This document shows positions 37,473 to 46,892 of a DNA stretch of 64,000 nucleotides, one piece after another. Numbering within the stretch: the first letter of the stretch is position 1; the number at the start of each line of letters is the position of its first letter. The stretch is from the NCBI GenBank assembly GCA_964410735.1, contig CAYPIF010000052.1:7132-71131 (forward strand), read 5' to 3'. The position numbers and the translations under genes are program-made. The notes beneath the pieces are model-generated. The model did not search any database. It saw nothing but the letters and a program-made list of their open reading frames with translations, and was not told the origin of the DNA. Source of the DNA: an uncultured Thermoplasmatales archaeon (GTDB lineage Archaea; Thermoplasmatota; E2; DHVEG-1).

Positions 37473-37741
37473 ATTCGTCCGACATCGACGACTTCGACAC
37501 TTTCAACATTATCGATTTGTGAGAATTCGTCCACGATTGGATCTAAACCGCCTTCAGAATCCGGGACAGAGACGGTGACATCCAATCCTCGTAAGCCAAA
37601 TGCTACGTTTTTAACCTCAATCCTTCCAAGCTTTATTGGGGATTTGACTGTTTCTCTAATGGTATTCTGAATAGATTCAAGCTCTTCGTCGCTAATGACG
37701 CCTGCAGGCATTATTCTGATAAGTGCTATGACTTCACCCAT
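37469..37741 (-). CDS. Translation elongation factor 1-beta (aEF-1beta)
   Basis: MGEVIALIRIMPAGV...VAFGLRGLDVTV, about 90 aa. The ORF-track N-terminal extension overlaps the upstream Zn-ribbon gene in another frame. GGAGGAAAA SD before the internal Met. Confidence 0.85.
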   Translation of the reverse strand: MGEVIALIRIMPAGVISDEELESIQNTIRETVKSPIKLGRIEVKNVAFGLRGLDVTVSVPDSEGGLDPIVDEFSQIDNVESVEVVDVGRI

Positions 37742-37773
37742 GTTATTTTCCTCCGTTTCAGGTTTTTTGATTT

Positions 37774-37938
37774 TTATGGTCCTGTGAATGAGCATTTTGG
37801 ACAGGTATAAGGGATGCTTTGTTCTCTGCAACTGCCACATCGTCCGATAACAGTATCACACATTGGACAGATAAATGTCGTAGATCCCGTTTCGAGAAGA
37901 CCTTTTCCACAGGAAATGCATCGTTGTGTTTTCTTCAT
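37774..37938 (-). CDS. Zn-ribbon protein (54 aa) of the conserved archaeal Zn-ribbon/aEF-1beta gene pair
   Basis: Hand-translated from the reverse strand: MKKTQRCISCGKGLLETGSTTFICPMCDTVIGRCGSCREQSIPYTCPKCSFTGP. Four CxxC pairs. Absent from the ORF track because it is under 60 aa. Confidence 0.65.
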   Translation of the reverse strand: MKKTQRCISCGKGLLETGSTTFICPMCDTVIGRCGSCREQSIPYTCPKCSFTGP

Positions 37939-38000
37939 AGGATGTGCTGAATATCAATTCTATTATTAAAAGATGCCGCAGCAATCAATGAAAATTCTGT

Positions 38001-39065
38001 CTATTTTTTACTTGATATCATGTCCATTGAAAATGATGCGACCGATTTGAAGATCCTATATTGGAATATTGCGCCAGCGATTAGTCCCATATGATAGGTT
38101 ACAAACCGGTATAACAAAACAAATACTCCGATCAATGAGGGGCTGAGAAATACCCCATACAATGCGGCTACACCCCCTTCAGAGACACCGCTGCTCCCTG
38201 GTGTTGTCGGCATCATGGCGATGATGATGAGCAGTACTTGTGCTGCACAGGATTCAAGGATAAATGGTTTGATGCCAAGACCAAGGAGGAGAAGCAGTGG
38301 GATTATCCAACCTGCTATCCAGAAAATCGCGGTAACGATACCTGCAAGTAGGAATGTTTTCTTTCCCTTTGTCAAAAAGAAGGTCATTGCGTTATGGAAG
38401 TTATCTACCTCGTCAGATATCCGTTCTATGATATGTGTTGGGGTATCCTTTTTTGTTATCTTTTTTATCCATTTTGTTATTCTTATTAGAATTTTTTTTG
38501 TTTTCTTTGGGTACCTCAATGCATAGGCAAATAACCCAAGGATTATGACAAAAATTGCAATAGCGATACCTAGCCCTATACGAAGGTAGGTGTTGTCGAT
38601 ATACCCACCAAAGATAAAGATTGCGAATGGTACGGAAAGTAAAAGGAACAACGCATCTAACAATCGTTCAGAGAGGACCGCTGCAGTTGCGCCTCCAACA
38701 TTAAGCCCATCTTTATTGAGAAGATATATTCGAACTGGTTCTCCGCCTGCCATGGATGGAGTGATGTTTGCTAGGAATAGATTTGCAATAACAATTTTTG
38801 TTGATTCCAGGAGGCTTACATGGAAATTTTTATCAACAGCATTGCTGAGTATCTTTAACCGCAGTCCCCATAACCCCCAAAAAAGTACATTAAACGCAGC
38901 GGCGGCGATGAAAAACTCATAACGGATAGGTGTTGTTGAAAGATAATGAATGGTCTCTTTATTTATGGTGAAATATAGGAGAATAATGATAATTGCAAGG
39001 CTACAAAGCACGCTAAGGATAATGGAAAATTTGATTGTTTTCTTCTTACCTTGCTTTTTTGTCAC
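38001..39065 (-). CDS. Flippase-like integral membrane protein (UPF0104 / LPG-synthase-TM family)
   Basis: Polytopic protein; duplicated PSMAGGEPVR and PTTPGSSGVSEGGV (P..GG.G..E) family motifs. Sits at the edge of a glycosyltransferase cluster. Confidence 0.65.
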   Translation of the reverse strand: MTKKQGKKKTIKFSIILSVLCSLAIIIILLYFTINKETIHYLSTTPIRYEFFIAAAAFNVLFWGLWGLRLKILSNAVDKNFHVSLLESTKIVIANLFLANITPSMAGGEPVRIYLLNKDGLNVGGATAAVLSERLLDALFLLLSVPFAIFIFGGYIDNTYLRIGLGIAIAIFVIILGLFAYALRYPKKTKKILIRITKWIKKITKKDTPTHIIERISDEVDNFHNAMTFFLTKGKKTFLLAGIVTAIFWIAGWIIPLLLLLGLGIKPFILESCAAQVLLIIIAMMPTTPGSSGVSEGGVAALYGVFLSPSLIGVFVLLYRFVTYHMGLIAGAIFQYRIFKSVASFSMDMISSKK

Positions 39066-39135
39066 AACCCCTGGTAATTGTCATTAGTTTATCATGGTTA
39101 TGGTTTACATAACACTCTACAAAATATTGTTTCCG

Positions 39136-41622
39136 TCATATGTCAAAGATAAAATCTATTTTGGATGAAAAAACGCCACCATGCGTCCAATTTGTTGCAC
39201 ATGTCTGTTTAATTGCAGCAATTCCTTGTTCCATTTGTAAATTGGTGAAATCTCCTTTTATGGTGCAGCCATCAATTTGAATGGTGTGATCATTGACTTT
39301 TTTTATCTTTGCATCTATAACTGGGGCAAAGATACTTGTATATTCCAGATCATGGGAAAGAACAGATATCTCAAATGGGTCGATACTGATGGTAGGTTTC
39401 CCTTTTGAGATTCCAACATGAATCTGAGCGGTAACCTGATGATACTGTGATTTAGCTGTAAGATTCGCCTCGGTCTGTGAGAGTATATCTATGGAATGTG
39501 AGGTGATATGATCTGAGAAAAAATCTATCGTTTCATCCTTTTTTTTGGTTGGTGGTTTGACTCCGGTGATAGCGTATTTCGCATCCTTTGCGCCTAAGAG
39601 ATATTTCCCTATAGGTCCACGAATTGACATTTTTAATTTTTGTTTTATCTTTTTTGTTTTCTTGTATGGTCCATTGAAAGCAACGGTTATGCCATTGGTT
39701 CCAAGGCTTCCATTCTTTAGAAAGATTATTTTGCATTGCGCTGAATCAAATGAGCAGAGCAGTTCCTTCCCATGATAGATATGTAGCGTATCATCGTCCT
39801 TGTTCATTGTAAACTCTGATTTTTTTGAGAGAATATTTGTTTTAATCTGCTGTTTTTTCTTTCTATCCATCAGTTGGTATGATGCATGCATGAGTTCCAC
39901 TGTTGCAAATGTTTGTTCCATTGGGATTGGCTGCAAGGTTGAGTTGTAGATCGGAAATACCCCTTCGGATAGACCACCCGTCTCTGATATGTATGGAAGA
40001 ACTGAAATGTAACAAAGTCTCGCTAACCGTCCCCAGATGGTATCCTTTGAATACCTTGCTAAACGGAGGAATAAGGATACTACCCATACAGTCTCATAAG
40101 GTGAAACTCGGGGTGTGATCGAATAGGATATTGGGTGAAGTGTGTATGAAAAATGCCAGTGTCTTGTATTATAGGTGTATATCCATGGTGCTAGATACCA
40201 TGCATATATAAATGCTTGATCAAGTAAGGTCTGATCCTTTCTTCTATCATACCCATCGAGAAACGCATGGATGATTGAGACTGCTGAAAACGCCTCTGGT
40301 TCCTGTATGCCAATATCTCTTAATCCATGATAACAGATTGGATAGATGGTTTTAAGTGCTTCAAGCCCGCGTTCTGCAGAATCCTTTATTGATTGATCAT
40401 TAAACACTTCAGATGCGTGCAGTAACGCTCGTACTGATTCTCCTGTTCCACCAGATGTTGTGAATTTTTCAAGTTTTTCTGGTCTAAACTTGATCAGTCC
40501 CTCCTGATGGATTGCCATAGGCCAAGATCCATTCTCTTGTTGGGTGGAAACGATATACTGTATGGTCTTTTGTATCCGATTAAGTAATTTCTCATCAGAG
40601 TTAGTTCTCATATAATTTAGGAGATGATATACTATCGTTGATTGACCACCGGGATAACCTGAGTATCCGCAATCCATGTAGAAGTAACCGGCTAAACCTT
40701 TTTTTGTCAGGTTGGTCATATTATACCAAATCTCGCCCTCGCCCTTTCTTGAAGGGGTTGTAGAGAGATTTGGGTCAAGGAAATGTTTTTTCAGTTCTTG
40801 TCCCCATTTCAAAAAATCCGGGTCCTTGAGTGTTCTATACCATTGGTTAAAATAATCCAATCGTACTGCCTCATACGCTAACAATGAATGGCTGGAATTT
40901 TGAAATGTAAAACCTGGTTCTTCTCTCCAGGGGAGTTGTAAAAATGAACCAGTGATATGATCATATGATCTCCAAAGGGCCTTTTTTGCATGTTGAAATA
41001 TCTTCTCTGGGTCCTGTATTGAAATGGATGTTGGGACATGTGATTCAAAGTATGTTTGAACAATATTTTGCCATGATGTATCATGATATATCTTTGTGTT
41101 AAATCGAAATGTGTCTCCCTTTTTAATTGGAATTGAAATGGTCTCTTTTTTCCCTTTGCCAAGCCATGCGTACGGTTTTGTTTTAATATCATAGGCTGAA
41201 AAAATTGAAAATGATATGACAAAATGATCCTCTCCCGCCTCAAGACTTATGAATGGATAGATCTCTGTATCATTGAAATGAATGACCGGGTCAAATGAGA
41301 TACCTATACATGAGTCATTGTACTGTAATATGAAAAGAGGTGTTTTTGCGTAAAGAGTTGAACGGTGAATAACTCCATCCTTCTTTATATCAAGTATTTT
41401 GAAGGTATAATATGTGGAAAAAGGATAAGGCAAAGAGATATCTTGTTGAAATGTGAAATGTGTTTTTGTATACCACATCCCACCAATGAAACTGTACTTT
41501 AACACCTTCTTCTTGATTTTGAATCTTTTTAATAGAAAAACTGATTTTACACTTTTTACCGTGTACGTGTTGTTTTGTATCGAAAACGCGTCATCCGTCT
41601 CTTCTTTCACCATACGTATCAA
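39136..41622 (-). CDS. Large (828 aa) uncharacterised cytoplasmic protein with possible (alpha/alpha)6-barrel glycosidase-like core, inside the glycosylation locus
   Basis: No signal peptide or TM segment. Central region with NGSWP, GGTGESVRALLHASEVF and aromatic-rich repeats is suggestive of, but does not prove, a six-hairpin glycoside-hydrolase-like fold. No confident family match by eye. Confidence 0.4.
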   Translation of the reverse strand: MIRMVKEETDDAFSIQNNTYTVKSVKSVFLLKRFKIKKKVLKYSFIGGMWYTKTHFTFQQDISLPYPFSTYYTFKILDIKKDGVIHRSTLYAKTPLFILQYNDSCIGISFDPVIHFNDTEIYPFISLEAGEDHFVISFSIFSAYDIKTKPYAWLGKGKKETISIPIKKGDTFRFNTKIYHDTSWQNIVQTYFESHVPTSISIQDPEKIFQHAKKALWRSYDHITGSFLQLPWREEPGFTFQNSSHSLLAYEAVRLDYFNQWYRTLKDPDFLKWGQELKKHFLDPNLSTTPSRKGEGEIWYNMTNLTKKGLAGYFYMDCGYSGYPGGQSTIVYHLLNYMRTNSDEKLLNRIQKTIQYIVSTQQENGSWPMAIHQEGLIKFRPEKLEKFTTSGGTGESVRALLHASEVFNDQSIKDSAERGLEALKTIYPICYHGLRDIGIQEPEAFSAVSIIHAFLDGYDRRKDQTLLDQAFIYAWYLAPWIYTYNTRHWHFSYTLHPISYSITPRVSPYETVWVVSLFLRLARYSKDTIWGRLARLCYISVLPYISETGGLSEGVFPIYNSTLQPIPMEQTFATVELMHASYQLMDRKKKQQIKTNILSKKSEFTMNKDDDTLHIYHGKELLCSFDSAQCKIIFLKNGSLGTNGITVAFNGPYKKTKKIKQKLKMSIRGPIGKYLLGAKDAKYAITGVKPPTKKKDETIDFFSDHITSHSIDILSQTEANLTAKSQYHQVTAQIHVGISKGKPTISIDPFEISVLSHDLEYTSIFAPVIDAKIKKVNDHTIQIDGCTIKGDFTNLQMEQGIAAIKQTCATNWTHGGVFSSKIDFIFDI

Positions 41623-41627
41623 TTGAT

Positions 41628-42596
41628 TTAGGAATGAGACATTTTTTCATAAAGTTTTACATGTTGTTTCGCAGTTTCTTTGATATCATATTTCTTGGCA
41701 TCCTTTGTTTTTTGTTTGTAGGCTGAAAGATTTTTTTCATCAAGCGTATCCGAATTGATCTCATTGATGTCGTCATAGTAATACAGCATATCTGAGAACG
41801 CTTCGGTAAATTCCTCTGTTCGACGAGAGATCATAGGTAGTTCCATGGAAAGCGCCTCAAGCATAACGATGGAATGTCCCTCTGCATATGATGGCATTAA
41901 AAACACGTCTGCGCCAGAGTAGACCTCGAAGATATCCTCCACAAAACCAGGGAATATTGCATTTTTCGGCCGATGTTCAATTGCTTTTGATACCTTTCGA
42001 AAATCCTTTGAGAACAGACCATATGGGAATCCTCCAACCCATAGAAAGGTGTGTTCTGGAAATCGTTTTGCGAGAGCTAAAAAATCATAAATTCCTTTTC
42101 GTGGTGTTCGTTGTGCAACGGTGAGGATAACAAGTTCGTTCGTATCAATATCATGTATATCCCGAAATCGTTTTCGCTTTTTTCCATCAGGTTTGAATTT
42201 TTCGAGATCAATGCCGTTATAGATTGTTGTAACTGATGGTTTACATCCAATTTCTTTTAATTCCCTTTCGCACTTCTTTGAAACAGAGATGATCTGGTCG
42301 AATTGATTGTAGATGGGCACATATAACCAATTCACAAGATCGGGAAATGCAAGATTGCCCTCGTTAAGATGCGGTGTTGAATGAGCAGTGATCACTGTTT
42401 TATTCTTGAATCGTTTCAAATAGAGTAATGATTTCGGTCCGAAGGTATGAAGATGGCAGATGTCGTAGTCCAGTGAAGGATCATTATAGGAAATATCAAT
42501 AGATTTTGATAGTTCCCTGTAGAGATTTTTTGCAGCAGTGGCACAACCAAGATATTGCAATGGCCCGCTATCTTCAACAATAAAATTTATGTTCAT
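41628..42596 (-). CDS. GT4-family glycosyltransferase (GT-B)
   Basis: EGHSIVMLEALSMELPMISR (the GT4 E-x7-E region) and GGFPYG/KTVITAHST blocks. Confidence 0.7.
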   Translation of the reverse strand: MNINFIVEDSGPLQYLGCATAAKNLYRELSKSIDISYNDPSLDYDICHLHTFGPKSLLYLKRFKNKTVITAHSTPHLNEGNLAFPDLVNWLYVPIYNQFDQIISVSKKCERELKEIGCKPSVTTIYNGIDLEKFKPDGKKRKRFRDIHDIDTNELVILTVAQRTPRKGIYDFLALAKRFPEHTFLWVGGFPYGLFSKDFRKVSKAIEHRPKNAIFPGFVEDIFEVYSGADVFLMPSYAEGHSIVMLEALSMELPMISRRTEEFTEAFSDMLYYYDDINEINSDTLDEKNLSAYKQKTKDAKKYDIKETAKQHVKLYEKMSHS

Positions 42597-42638
42597 ACTT
42601 CCTTCCTTTCAGCAGTCTCATCGTTTCTGGAAACAGTA

Positions 42639-44420
42639 TCATGTTATCTGCGAAAAATTAACCCGGTAGACCTCGATCCAATGTTCTTCTATCTGTTGAT
42701 CGTTCATTGTTGCATTTCTATAGATCATTTCAAAAGGAGGTTTTTTGAATTTATCATATGAATTGTTTGTAAAATGATAGTAATGGCCAACATCCACGTT
42801 AATAACTTTATCAAACATGATATCATCAATGATTATGTGGGTGATATTTAATCGCTGTATCTCTAAGAGACATGCAGAGCTATTGTTCGCAGTCCATACG
42901 TTCATTGTAATGTTATCCTCACCAAGAGGTATATTGAAATCTGCAGCCCATGCAAGCATTGAGATACGGTGATCTGATGCGATGACACTTATATTACTAA
43001 TATTACCTTGCATCCACTCAATACAGTTTATACAGTTCGTTGAAACCCGTTCATCAATGTGATCTAATGAGTCAATTGTTGGATATGCAACAATCATGTT
43101 GGAGACAAACAGGAGAATGATACTACCGATGAGAACGATTTTTTTCTTACTATGGATGAATTTAGAGGGAGTATATGATCTGAACAGGCTCATTTTCCTG
43201 CTGTCCTTGTATTCGTTGATGAACTCATTAAGGGTTAATGCTGCGGGAATGCACAGTGGTACAATAAGATACTCGAGATGCCGATCTGGGAAGAGTTCAC
43301 CTGAAACGATTGCATATAAAAATGAAAGGGATATCCCCATGATCCATCCTTTAATGAACATATGTCCTTTTTGTGAAGGGAGCAATGAAAAACCTGCAAC
43401 GGCAAAGCTTACGAGAAAAATCATGGGTATCGATAAAAGGATAGCTATGGGTGGTAATGTAGCATCCAAACCTCGTAAACCGGTGAATGAAACGGTGATG
43501 GAGAGGACGCTGATAAGGATGAACATGATAAGAATAGTTTTCTCCTTTGAATAGTTACTAAATAGGTGGAAATCGAGGAATTGAGGATATTGCTGTTTCC
43601 AAAATCTGATGAAAAGAACTCCTCCAAAAATGAATGCGTAGAAGAGGAGTATTACAACTGTTGGTGGAAGAAACATCTTTTTTGTGAAAAAATTAAAGAC
43701 CGGTGTTGCTATAAAACCCCAATAGGAAAATGCAATGGTTGCTGCTAGACCAATGTAGAACAGAAGAGGATAAAGATGTTGAGGTTTCACATGTTTTTCC
43801 ATCGTGTGATAAAATAGCATGAATGTTATACTTATTAGGTAGAAATATGTGGTAAAATGATGTGAAAGGATAAGCAGGATGGTTGAAACAAGTAACGGTA
43901 AAAGATATTTTTGGTCCCTGATGTACTTAATAAAGAAATATATTGATAGCATCATGAACAAGTGCCCAACGGTCAAGGGTGCTGCATGACTTGTTTGATA
44001 TACATGAAAGGTAGAAACAGATAGCAATGCTGATGCAAGTAACGCGATTTTTTTATCTCCTATGAGCTCTTTAACAATGAAATAGAAGATAGGTATGGTA
44101 AGGCCTCCGATGATTGGCGCGATCTTGGGCATTAACTGGATGACCTCGATACCGGTAACCCAATGCAGTAGACCCGTTATTGTGTAAAGAACTGGGAAAT
44201 ATTGATATGATGAACCCCATCCATCATAAAAATTAATCAGCTCTTTGGTCTGAAGAAACGAGTTTGTAAGGCCATAATATATCCCAAAATCCACGCCCCA
44301 TGCAGCATTAAAAAGCGATGGGAGCATTCGCAGGAATATACCTATAGCTGCGATTATCATTAACCAGAAGATCCAATGATGAACAACCAATGATAGTTTC
44401 CCCGAATGATTCCAATTCAT
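42639..44420 (-). CDS. GT-C-fold membrane glycosyltransferase-like protein (ArnT/PMT-like), 593 aa with C-terminal soluble domain
   Basis: About 12 predicted TM helices in the N-terminal 400 aa, then a hydrophilic C-terminal domain. No STT3 WWDYG motif seen, so not AglB. Confidence 0.45.
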   Translation of the reverse strand: MNWNHSGKLSLVVHHWIFWLMIIAAIGIFLRMLPSLFNAAWGVDFGIYYGLTNSFLQTKELINFYDGWGSSYQYFPVLYTITGLLHWVTGIEVIQLMPKIAPIIGGLTIPIFYFIVKELIGDKKIALLASALLSVSTFHVYQTSHAAPLTVGHLFMMLSIYFFIKYIRDQKYLLPLLVSTILLILSHHFTTYFYLISITFMLFYHTMEKHVKPQHLYPLLFYIGLAATIAFSYWGFIATPVFNFFTKKMFLPPTVVILLFYAFIFGGVLFIRFWKQQYPQFLDFHLFSNYSKEKTILIMFILISVLSITVSFTGLRGLDATLPPIAILLSIPMIFLVSFAVAGFSLLPSQKGHMFIKGWIMGISLSFLYAIVSGELFPDRHLEYLIVPLCIPAALTLNEFINEYKDSRKMSLFRSYTPSKFIHSKKKIVLIGSIILLFVSNMIVAYPTIDSLDHIDERVSTNCINCIEWMQGNISNISVIASDHRISMLAWAADFNIPLGEDNITMNVWTANNSSACLLEIQRLNITHIIIDDIMFDKVINVDVGHYYHFTNNSYDKFKKPPFEMIYRNATMNDQQIEEHWIEVYRVNFSQIT

Positions 44421-44498
44421 CCCTTTACACCTTGATACTGACCGGCATAGCTTTTAGTGCTCTCGAGATATTCTTTATTGTTTAAATGGGTTTGGGTT

Positions 44499-45566
44499 CT
44501 ATGTAAAAATGATGTTCATAACGTTCTCGACTGCATCTTCAACACTTTTCTTTGCAGAAAATCCTATCGTTTTTTCCGCATGAACAATATCTCTTTTTAG
44601 ATTGATTGTATCTTGATGAACTGTGTAGCATGTGTTTTTTTCTTTGTGATACTCTGCAAGATATTCCTGCTCGATTTGACCAGGTGTGGGAATCATTAGG
44701 GCTTTACAACCTATTACTGCAAGATCAAGTATCGTTGAATAACCACTGCGGGAGATAACCAGTTTTGTTTTGTTCAGAAGATGCTCACGGTCCTCTTTAG
44801 ACAGATAGGTGAATGTCGTAATATTTTCATTTGTTATTTTTTCCGCCTGTTCAGTTTTTCCAAGAGTGATAACAATATTACCTGAAAGATCATGTATCTG
44901 GGAAAGTACCTTTTCCTCTAAGATCGATCGCTGAGGTTCTGGGCCCGAAAGACTGATAAGATAATCGATATCCTTTTTCAACTTCTTCTTTTTAAAATCA
45001 GAAAGTACTCCCACGTAATGAATTTTCTTTTCATCGATCTTATGAAGGTTATGTGAGAGATCTCCAGAAAGATCATCTGTTTCATAATCCGGGATGAGTA
45101 TCTCTTTGAACCGTTTAAAGAAGAACATGTTGAAAGTTTCACTTCCTTTTTCGAACATTTCAAATCTCATAGGGTTCATGATCCTCATTTGATGAGATAT
45201 GAAAAATGAGGGGATTGATTTACTGTACATATCATATCGTCCATCTGAGATGATCCTATCGCAGGAAGTTTTTCTCAATAGCTTTGTCAATTGCTGAAGA
45301 CCAGATTCCATTCTCTGGATGAACAGTGGCCAGTAGACCATGCTTTTCGCGATGAACTGTTGTTTGTTCTCTGAGACAAGTAATGGATAATCGGGTATAT
45401 CCACAAATGAGACACTATCGCCAAGCTCATTTTGCAGCAGTGTTAAAGCCCGGTCATGAGATATGATTGTTAACTCATGTCCCTCATGTATAAGTCTTCG
45501 AATGACGGGCAGTGATCTTGTAGCATGACCCAGGCCCCATGAGCACAGAGCATAAATGATTTTCAT
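44499..45566 (-). CDS. GT1/GT28-superfamily glycosyltransferase (MurG/UDP-glycosyltransferase-like)
   Basis: N-terminal LCSWGLGHATRSLPVIRRL (G-x-G-H-x-x-R nucleotide-sugar GT-B motif), about 355 aa. Confidence 0.55.
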   Translation of the reverse strand: MKIIYALCSWGLGHATRSLPVIRRLIHEGHELTIISHDRALTLLQNELGDSVSFVDIPDYPLLVSENKQQFIAKSMVYWPLFIQRMESGLQQLTKLLRKTSCDRIISDGRYDMYSKSIPSFFISHQMRIMNPMRFEMFEKGSETFNMFFFKRFKEILIPDYETDDLSGDLSHNLHKIDEKKIHYVGVLSDFKKKKLKKDIDYLISLSGPEPQRSILEEKVLSQIHDLSGNIVITLGKTEQAEKITNENITTFTYLSKEDREHLLNKTKLVISRSGYSTILDLAVIGCKALMIPTPGQIEQEYLAEYHKEKNTCYTVHQDTINLKRDIVHAEKTIGFSAKKSVEDAVENVMNIIFT

Positions 45567-45630
45567 ACCGTAGGTGTATTTCTTCGTACATTAAAAAAAT
45601 ACCGAGATAGCAAGCTTTTTAGAATCATAT

Positions 45631-46470
45631 TTGATGCATTTTGAACGAGGACATCTTATGGATTTCATCAAAAAATTAGAAACAATATCTAGAAAACATA
45701 ACAGTCTTGTGTGTGTGGGTCTTGATATTGATAAGGAAAAGATGCCACAACATCTTTTTAAAACAAGTGAGCAGCCCTATCTTGAGTTTAACAAAGCACT
45801 CGTTGATGAGACCATGGATATCGTTTGCGCATACAAGCTCAATATGGCATTCTATGAAGCATTAGGTGATAGAGGATATAGTGTTTTACAAAAAACCATT
45901 GAGCATATTCCAAAAGAGATCGTCGTCATCCTTGATGGAAAAAGAAATGATATTGGTAACACAGCAAAGAAATATGCACAGAACCTGTTTGAACAACTTC
46001 ATGCCGATGGTATTACGGTGAATCCATATCTAGGATTTGATGGTGTTAAACCATTCTTGGAATACAAAGAAAAATGTAGTTTCATTCTTTGCAGGACATC
46101 AAATTCATCTGCTGTTGATTTTCAGGATCTTCAGAGTGATGGAAAACCCTTGTATGTGCATGTTGCTGAAAAGGTGAAACTCTGGCAGAAAACAGGGGCG
46201 TGTGGTGTTGTGGTAGGTGCAACCTATCCTGAAGAACTAAAGGTCATTCGAAAGATTTTAGGGGATAACGTTCCTTTTTTGATCCCGGGTATAGGGAAAC
46301 AAGGCGGAGATATCAAAAAAACAGTTGAATTTGGTTGTAACTCTAAAAAGGAACTTGCTGTTATTAATTCATCCAGAGGTATTATCTATGCTGGCTCGGG
46401 GAAGGATTTTGCTCAGAAAGCAAGAGATGAGACGATCCTTCTCAATGATCGGATCAATAGCTACCGATGA
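45631..46470 (+). CDS. pyrF: Orotidine-5'-phosphate decarboxylase, type 2
   Basis: LVCVGLDIDKEK and VILDGKRNDIGNTAK match type-2 ODCase catalytic motifs (LCVGLDP / DAKRGDIGST). The real start is probably an internal Met (about 45658). Confidence 0.7.
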   Translation: MMHFERGHLMDFIKKLETISRKHNSLVCVGLDIDKEKMPQHLFKTSEQPYLEFNKALVDETMDIVCAYKLNMAFYEALGDRGYSVLQKTIEHIPKEIVVILDGKRNDIGNTAKKYAQNLFEQLHADGITVNPYLGFDGVKPFLEYKEKCSFILCRTSNSSAVDFQDLQSDGKPLYVHVAEKVKLWQKTGACGVVVGATYPEELKVIRKILGDNVPFLIPGIGKQGGDIKKTVEFGCNSKKELAVINSSRGIIYAGSGKDFAQKARDETILLNDRINSYR

Positions 46471-46892
46471 TGCCTATCATTTTACCATAACACATATTAA
46501 CTGCTTTCTTCTATAGATAAAATACCCTGATCCGAAGAGCTTCATGATAGGATGATTGAAGCGGCAAAATCAGGGTAACATTCCTGAAGTCACAAGAGTC
46601 CCTCCTTGATCTATCAGACGAAAAGTCAAGAGGTGATATGGAGGACAACCATGACGTCAGAGAACTGTCGCGATAGGTATGTTGACCTTGGTCACCTGCT
46701 GCTTATTGTGGCCTCTGTTGATGTTCCACCCAGCAACTCTGTTTTTTTGTTGTTGGGTGACAGCGACAATTTTTCCTTGATATGGTTACCAGGAATGCGT
46801 AATGAAAAGCTACACCATATCTTACGATAAGAAAGAAAAAAAGAGTTCCTTCGTATATTCATGAAGGAGTTTAGACCTGGTCTTTATTTTTT

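Noticed and set aside
37742-37840. N-terminal extension of the aEF-1beta ORF (MWQLQRTKHPLY...)
   Set aside because: Overlaps the separately framed Zn-ribbon gene. aEF-1beta homologues start at MGEV.
46560-46830. SRP RNA or RNase P RNA in the pyrF-downstream spacer
   Set aside because: No helix-8 GGAA/AGCAG-type SRP motif and no RNase P CR-I/CR-V (GGAAAGUCCGG / ACAGAAnCCGGCUUA) sequences found by eye. Kept only as a low-interest unexplained region.
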